64,000 bases of DNA from the NCBI RefSeq assembly GCF_000690725.1, contig NW_007579125.1, positions 119,456 to 183,455 of the forward strand, read 5' to 3'. The notes beneath the pieces were generated by a model. It was not told the DNA's origin. It ran no database searches and saw only the letters and a list, made by a program, of their open reading frames with translations. The position numbers and the translations under genes are program-made. Below are positions 58,701 to 64,000 of the stretch, piece after piece (within the stretch, counting starts at the first letter, position 1; each line of letters opens with the position of its first letter). This stretch comes from Stegastes partitus (Eukaryota).

Positions 58701-61700
58701 AATTTTGTCGCCTTTTCTGCTTTCCTTTCTCACTCATAGGGGCCCTGACCTACAGTTTAGGTGTAAACGTTGCATTTTTTGGGGTTCAGGTCAGGACACT
58801 GACTTACACATGAAAGTATATTAGATCTTTTAGACATAAGATCAGCTTTTTTGTGGTCATTAAGTGTTAGGTAAGTTTTCGTGGCTCATAAACCTCTCTG
58901 CTGGTCTGCACACAAACATCTAAATCACCGTTTCATGTGAACAAAAAAAAAAAAAAACACCCACCAGCAGAAGAGTTGCCTCAGCACTGCAGCTTTAATC
59001 ACTTGGAAATATTTTTTGTTGCCAGGAAACATTTGAAGAGATTTTTTTTCACCCCAAAGTCTTAATTTGTTGGCAGTTGCTGTTGTGTGTTGCCCAAAAA
59101 AAATTGCCTGCATGGCCCGCCGCCACTGCAGAGCAACGGCTGGAGCCTCGTTCATTACAGAGTAACTACTGTTTGGCTCCGCGTCGAGGCCCGACCGAAC
59201 CGTGCTGGGGAAATGTTGGGATGAGGGCTGCGGCCTTGAGGGGTTGTGTCCTCGCCCGGGTGGCTGTTTGGCGAAAGTTTTGTAGAGCTCGTGAAAAAAA
59301 AACAAAACAATTATTATGTTAACTGTCAAGGCTAGCAGCAGAAACGGGTGTGTGGTTCTTAGTTTGGATAAATGAGCCAAAAGCAAACTCCAGGATTTGG
59401 TTAGAATTTCCATTTCACCATTTACTGCAGAATTTATGACTATAAAACACACAAAAATGTACTGAAATGGTTCAAAAGCAGAGTTAAAAGTGTAGGAGGG
59501 TGTTTAATAAATCCTTGCCAGGAGTGATTACTGATTATAAAACCAAATCCTGCTTTAACCCTTTGAATCTGGAGCAGTGTCTGGGTGTTTTTTTTTGCTC
59601 CTGCTGTCACATTTTTACTAACTGTGGGCTTGTTTTTCACTTCAATTTAAAGTCCTACACCTCCATGAAAACAGTACAAGCATGTCTGGAAGTATAGGGA
59701 ACTCAAAAATATAAATAAAAAATGTTTCTTGTGCAGTGTGACACAATTGTGATGCCATAAATCATATAAAGAAAAAGAAAATGTTAATTTTTTAAAAATT
59801 TATTTAACAAAAATGGAGGAAAAAAAACAACTAGAATTAGCATGTACACCATTTTTCAAGTGCCCACAAGTGTTAAAAATATTAAGGGAAAAAATGGAGT
59901 TTCGTCATGCTATAGATATTTTACCACTTGCTTTTTAAATTTGCCTCCATACTTGTCTTGCATGTGCATCTATATAAACACTAGCTGCAGTTCAGCTGAA
60001 AAGTCACTGAACTTTTAGTCACATGACTTTTGATCACAGCTGAGTCAGTTGTGAATTTTTGAGTGTGCCAGTAATCCAGAATTTTCTTTTTTTTCTTCTT
60101 CTTCTTTTTCCTTTTTTTTCGGAATCTGGTTACTGAAAATGGTTATTTTTGGCGATTAATTATTTGAATAAGACATGTAGAGTGGAAGGATTTTGATGTA
60201 ATATCTCGTTTTGTAGCTCAGTTTTGGAAATTTTTTTCTGACAGATTATACATCACACATGAGTATTTCATGGGTTACTGGAAAGTTGAAAATCCAATGA
60301 TTCAATTTCTTTTCATAGCTTCTAATTTTGGTGATTTATTTTTTAAAAAGAACACATGCCTTTTAAATTCACTGGATGATTTTGGGGTTATCCTTTTGTT
60401 CACATTTTTATTTATATGGTCATCTGGGTTGATATTTCGTAAAACAGTATTGAAGTTAGCATTTACCATTTATTATTTGTGTTAAAAAGAATTGACTAGA
60501 TAAAGACTAAGACAGAGAAAAAAAAATCACACTAGCAAATTTAAAATGAACAGGAACAGTTGGATGTTGTAGGAAAGACACTGATATGTTTTCTTGCTGA
60601 TAGCTGCCAGTTAAAATTACAATTCACCGCCTGTTAGCTTAGCTTAGCATAAAGACTGGAAACAGATGTAAACAGCTAGCATAAACCTACAATGTGCTAT
60701 TTTTTTGACTCTGATTTTCATGCAAAATAGATGAGAGATAATATGGTAATTAATGAGCATTGGAGGCGACCTGAAGTGACCTCACATGTCAAACCGGCAG
60801 GTGTGGCTAGCCGTTTCTAGACCTTATGCTAAGCTAAGCTAATCGACTGTTGGGTGCCGCTTCACATTTTCTCAAAATATCAAACTTCTCCATTTCATGA
60901 AAGTGACAAAAAGCAGCACTTACTTCAAAGAATTCAACTGAGAAAAAAGTCCCAGTGTGTGCATTTTCCACATGGCAGTAATTACAGTAAATCAAGGAAA
61001 ACTGATGTGCAACGAATGATAGAGGGCGTGCTGATGATAAAAAATGAATCTTTACTGGCCACAAATTGTGTTTACAATATTTTGATGGCCATCTAATGAC
61101 TCTTTCTCATGCCAGATGTAAAAGAACTGTCACTGTGCGGTTGAGAGAAAAGATTAATGTGAGGTCACATGACCCCCAAAAACCACAACATGTGATATAA
61201 AAAGAAATCATGTTTGTACAAAGCGGAAGAACATGCAATTTTCTGCTAGAAAGCAGCCAGATGACAAATTGTTGCCATGTGGAAGTAAAGGTGTGTATTA
61301 GAAAAATTAACAAGCTGTAAACTCTTCATTAGCCGCATTTGTTATGAGCATTTTTTTTAGCTATGAAGTCCAACTTTCACCAACAGGAACATCGTGTGTG
61401 TTTGCCAAGTCATGTTCTAAATCAGATCTGGTTTCCTTACTGACATTTATTTATTTTCAGTTACAGACAACCACCTGGCTGCCACTCATGCAGGACACTC
61501 CATCAGCATCCCGAGCCCGCCTCCTTCGTCCAATCAGAGGGCAGGGATGCATTCCCCGCCTCCTCGAAGGGCTCCAATCAGAGAGTTTAGTGGAACCTAC
61601 GAGAGTCTGCCGGCGCGCTCCGTACAGGTGAGACGACCTGCTTACAAGTTTGTTGTAATCTGCAGTTTGAACGAAAGCAAATCAAAATTTTGTTTAAAAA

Positions 61701-64000
61701 AACAGCTATAATTGATATTTCTACATCAAAGTACAAAGCAAACCGATAGAGACGTGTCACCTCCATGTAAACCTGGTCTTTGTTTAGCTGCAGTTTTGTA
61801 GTTTTCAACCACTGCACAGCAGGCATCTCTTCTGTCGGTATGGAAGTTGGTTGGTATGTTACATTCATATGTTTGTCATATTGATTCTCTATGTATGCTT
61901 TTGCGTACACACATCTATTGCATATCTGTCTGTTTTGGAAGAGGGATCCACCCTCTATACAGCTTTTCCTGAGGTTTCTTTATTCTGTTTTCTTGGAGAG
62001 GACTTCCTTATCCAGACGGAGGTTGCCACATGGTATACAGTTTGCAAAGGCCCTCAAGGCAATATTATTTTGGGCCATTTAAATAAAACCAACTTGATCC
62101 GACTGCATACAAACTACTCTGCACCACACACTGGACAGATATAATTAGAAACTAGCTGCATCGTGAAGCCTTTAGCAGCTAATGAGCCAAATATTTCCCT
62201 CAAGAGGTGGAGACCAAAAACAGAGCAAAAAGAGAGGAAATCATTGTGTTAGATTGAACAGGTGGACAGAAACAGGACCTCAGATGATGTTGATGTTGCT
62301 CTATAACTGCTGTTCTATTTATCATTTTGACTTGTTTCTGCTGCAACCTAGTGGACAAAGCATAATGTTCCCCTGCTTTAAGGACACTTTTTGCTTGTTT
62401 TAAACCACTAACCTCAGATTATGATGCACATTATCACAGTTATGACACAAGTGTTTATTTCTGCTCAAACTCAGCTAATTAACGCACAGTTTTTAAATGT
62501 TATGTCGACTTTAAACATTTTCCAAACTCGCACCCATTCAAGTGTTTGGACCACTAGGTTGATTTTTCAGTTTTCAGGCAACCAGTGGTTTTAGTCAATG
62601 AACGCACATCATTTGCAGCTGCTTGGTTTTGATAATCCACATGGTGAACACATTGTTTGCTTTTATTTGTTGTGTTATGCTGTTGTTGGGCAGTTTGTTA
62701 AATTTTTTTGCACGTTCGGCTGCTTGTTTACTGGGTTTGAAATGTTTACAAGACCGCTGCTGAAACATGTAGCAGTACTGTTGTGGGTTGAATATTAAAA
62801 ATTAACATGAAAGATCTGAATTGAGCATGCTTCGGAGGAGTTGTGAAAATCATCTGAGGATTTTTTTGCATGAAAAGGACTGCTGTCCAGTGGGTGACCC
62901 AAGTGAAAATCAGTGTCATGTGTGCACCAAGAGTTCACACTTGCATTGCCACATAAATACGACATTATGTTGACAAAATATAAAAGCTGCTAAATGCTCA
63001 GTTTGGTAGATTTTGTTCATAGAGTAAGAGTCAGGTTTTAGCCACTAAAATGAGTGTGGAATGTCTGCAACCTGTGATATGTTTTATTTGCAGTTAAACA
63101 TTAGGATTTTTAATCTGGTGTGCCTTCAGTTTTATCTTCTCATTGCTTGTGTCGACATTATTGTAGCATCTCAACCTTAATATTTTAATTTGGTAGGTAA
63201 ATTTGTCACACTTTCTTTCTCTATTGGAAAGCAGTTTGGCTCAAAGCGTACTGTTTTAAATGTGCAATATAAATAATATATCAATAATGGTGACTTGACA
63301 GTTAAAATTTAAAGGTTTCCAATAAAAAGCAGCAGATTTTTACATGACGACAGACAAATGTCTTAAATTACTTGTTAAATGTTTTATTTTCTGTGACACA
63401 GCTAAGGAAGTAAAGTATCCCTTTGCTTGCTTTCGTCTTCGCTGCAGGTTTCAGAGTCTCGCGTGGTCGAGTGTCCCAGCATCCAGATCACCACCATCTC
63501 GCCTGAGGACGAGTCGGCGCCCACCATCTCTAGCTACTGGGACATGAGCAGCAGCGGCGGGTGGGACAGGGAGCGCCTCTACCTCCCCCTGCTGGACCCC
63601 TTTTCTTACCGGGACAGATGCCCCGGCTCGCTCAGCCCCAGCCCCGCCTCCAGCCCCTCCTCCCGGGGTTGGCTCAGCCCCGCCTCCAGCTGCGACTCCC
63701 TGCTGGTTGAGGAGGAGGAGCTCAACGAGGCCGCCATCAATTTCGGGCTTTCGCCATCGTCCAGGCCGACTTCCCCCGGTGGTAAGAAGCGTAGAAACTC
63801 CCCGCTGGCCTCTCCTTGTACTTCGCGGAGAGGCAGCTACTCGGAGGAGCTGCAGGGCTGCAACCTGGAGGGAGGAGAGTCCAGCCCTCAGTCCCAAGCT
63901 CCGCCCAGCAGCTGTGAGCTCAGCATCCCGCAGAAAACCAGGAAGACGTCATTAGAGCAGGTAAAGATCAAGATCAGTGTTGTGGTGTTTCTATGATGTT
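55542..64000 (+). CDS. nfatc4: nuclear factor of activated T-cells, cytoplasmic 4-like (nfatc4): 5' portion, gene continues beyond window end
   Basis: Exon 1a encodes MGAAPGSGWEEGEFEFKLVFEED... (human NFATC4 N-terminus MGAASCEDEELEFKLVFGEE). Exon 2 encodes the NFAT regulatory domain: ECPSIQITTISP (calcineurin-docking PxIxIT), LYLPL, SP-repeat region SLSPSPASSPSSRGWLSPASSCDS, ELNEAAINFGLSP, KKRR NLS, SRRGS and IPQKTRKTSLEQ. Synteny with ltb4r and sdr39u1 favours nfatc4 over nfatc3. Confidence 0.7.
59095..59290. other. isolated GC-rich structured island (about 190 bp) bounded by an A-run on one side and an A/T-run on the other; candidate small ncRNA or regulatory island, identity unknown
   Basis: gcctgcatggcccgccgccactgcagagcaacggctggagcctcgttcattacagagtaactactgtttggctccgcgtcgaggcccgaccgaaccgtgctggggaaatgttgggatgagggctgcggccttgaggggttgtgtcctcgcccgggtggctgtttggcg. 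It contains a perfect 6-bp stem (ggagcc...ggctcc) and further GC stems. On the minus strand it ends in T8 (Pol III terminator-like). Confidence 0.2.
61547..61627 (+). CDS. nfatc4: nfatc4 alternative first coding exon 1b (ATG 61547) with its own CCAAT-box promoter
   Basis: Encodes MHSPPPRRAPIREFSGTYESLPARSVQ, then donor gtgaga (phase 0). It resembles the human NFATC4 segment MHSPPPRPAPSPGTWESQPARSVRL as recalled from memory. Two CCAAT boxes (tccaatcagag) sit at about 61530 and 61575. Confidence 0.5.
63448..63960 (+). CDS. nfatc4: nfatc4 exon 2 (regulatory domain; tandem acceptors at 63446/47 for exon 1b and 63453/54 for exon 1a)
   Basis: ORF-track ORF 63427..63996. Encodes (V)SESRVVECPSIQITTISPEDESAPTISSYWDMSSSGGWDRERLYLPLLDPFSYRDRCPGSLSPSPASSPSSRGWLSPASSCDSLLVEEEELNEAAINFGLSPSSRPTSPGGKKRRNSPLASPCTSRRGSYSEELQGCNLEGGESSPQSQAPPSSCELSIPQKTRKTSLEQ. 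Donor gtaaag at 63961. Confidence 0.7.

Noticed and set aside
58925-59452. 175-aa minus ORF spanning the GC-rich island
   Set aside because: No homology or splice context. The ORF is kept open only by the GC-rich island. That island is treated instead as a candidate non-coding element.
1-64000. ORF-track 'M' starts taken at face value (bacterial-style gene calls)
   Set aside because: Several listed ORFs begin with GTG or TTG (for example 15902, 30702, 42712). The real genes here are spliced, so the ORFs were used only as frame anchors, not as genes.

Overview
This window is eukaryotic nuclear DNA, almost certainly from a teleost fish, and every gene in it is multi-exon with GT-AG introns. 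The six-frame ORF track was used only as a frame anchor, because its 'M' starts are often GTG or TTG rather than ATG. Gene calls rest on reading protein-coding segments and canonical GT/AG splice sites, and on similarity to protein families recalled from memory; no database search could be run. Exon boundaries were hand-counted from the printed sequence and may be off by 1-3 bp.

Gene content, left to right:
- A GRINA-like TMBIM/Lifeguard gene on the plus strand (1816-6826, 5 coding exons, 300 aa).
- parp2 on the minus strand (7949-18183, 16 coding exons, about 580 aa).
- mettl17 on the plus strand (18662-26954, 14 coding exons, 461 aa), head-to-head with parp2 across a roughly 480-bp bidirectional promoter.
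- sdr39u1 on the minus strand (28816-32695, 5 coding exons, 308 aa).
- A plus-strand spliced transcript with tiny exons and no convincing ORF (about 33560-38617).
- A leukotriene-B4-receptor-like GPCR on the minus strand (40807-44340) whose CDS is split by two introns.
- The 5' part of nfatc4 on the plus strand (55542 to beyond 64000).

This gene set matches the human 14q11.2-q12 neighbourhood (PARP2, METTL17, SDR39U1, LTB4R, NFATC4).

The most interesting observations are:
- A 210-nt in-frame cassette exon encoding a complete WWE (poly-ADP-ribose-binding) domain sits inside parp2 intron 1, on the parp2 strand, with phases that match both flanking parp2 exons.
- nfatc4 has two alternative first exons of different phase that use tandem acceptors 7 nt apart on exon 2.

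Repeats:
- Several copies of a tRNA-derived teleost SINE, one carrying a nested palindromic MITE-like insertion bounded by an 11-bp target-site duplication.
- A MITE with terminal inverted repeats inside a parp2 intron.
- Two minisatellite arrays in the last mettl17 intron.
- A roughly 390-bp satellite-like tandem array at 52.7-54.2 kb.
- A dispersed repeat of roughly 0.6-0.9 kb present in two direct copies (45.2-46.1 kb and 51.7-52.3 kb).
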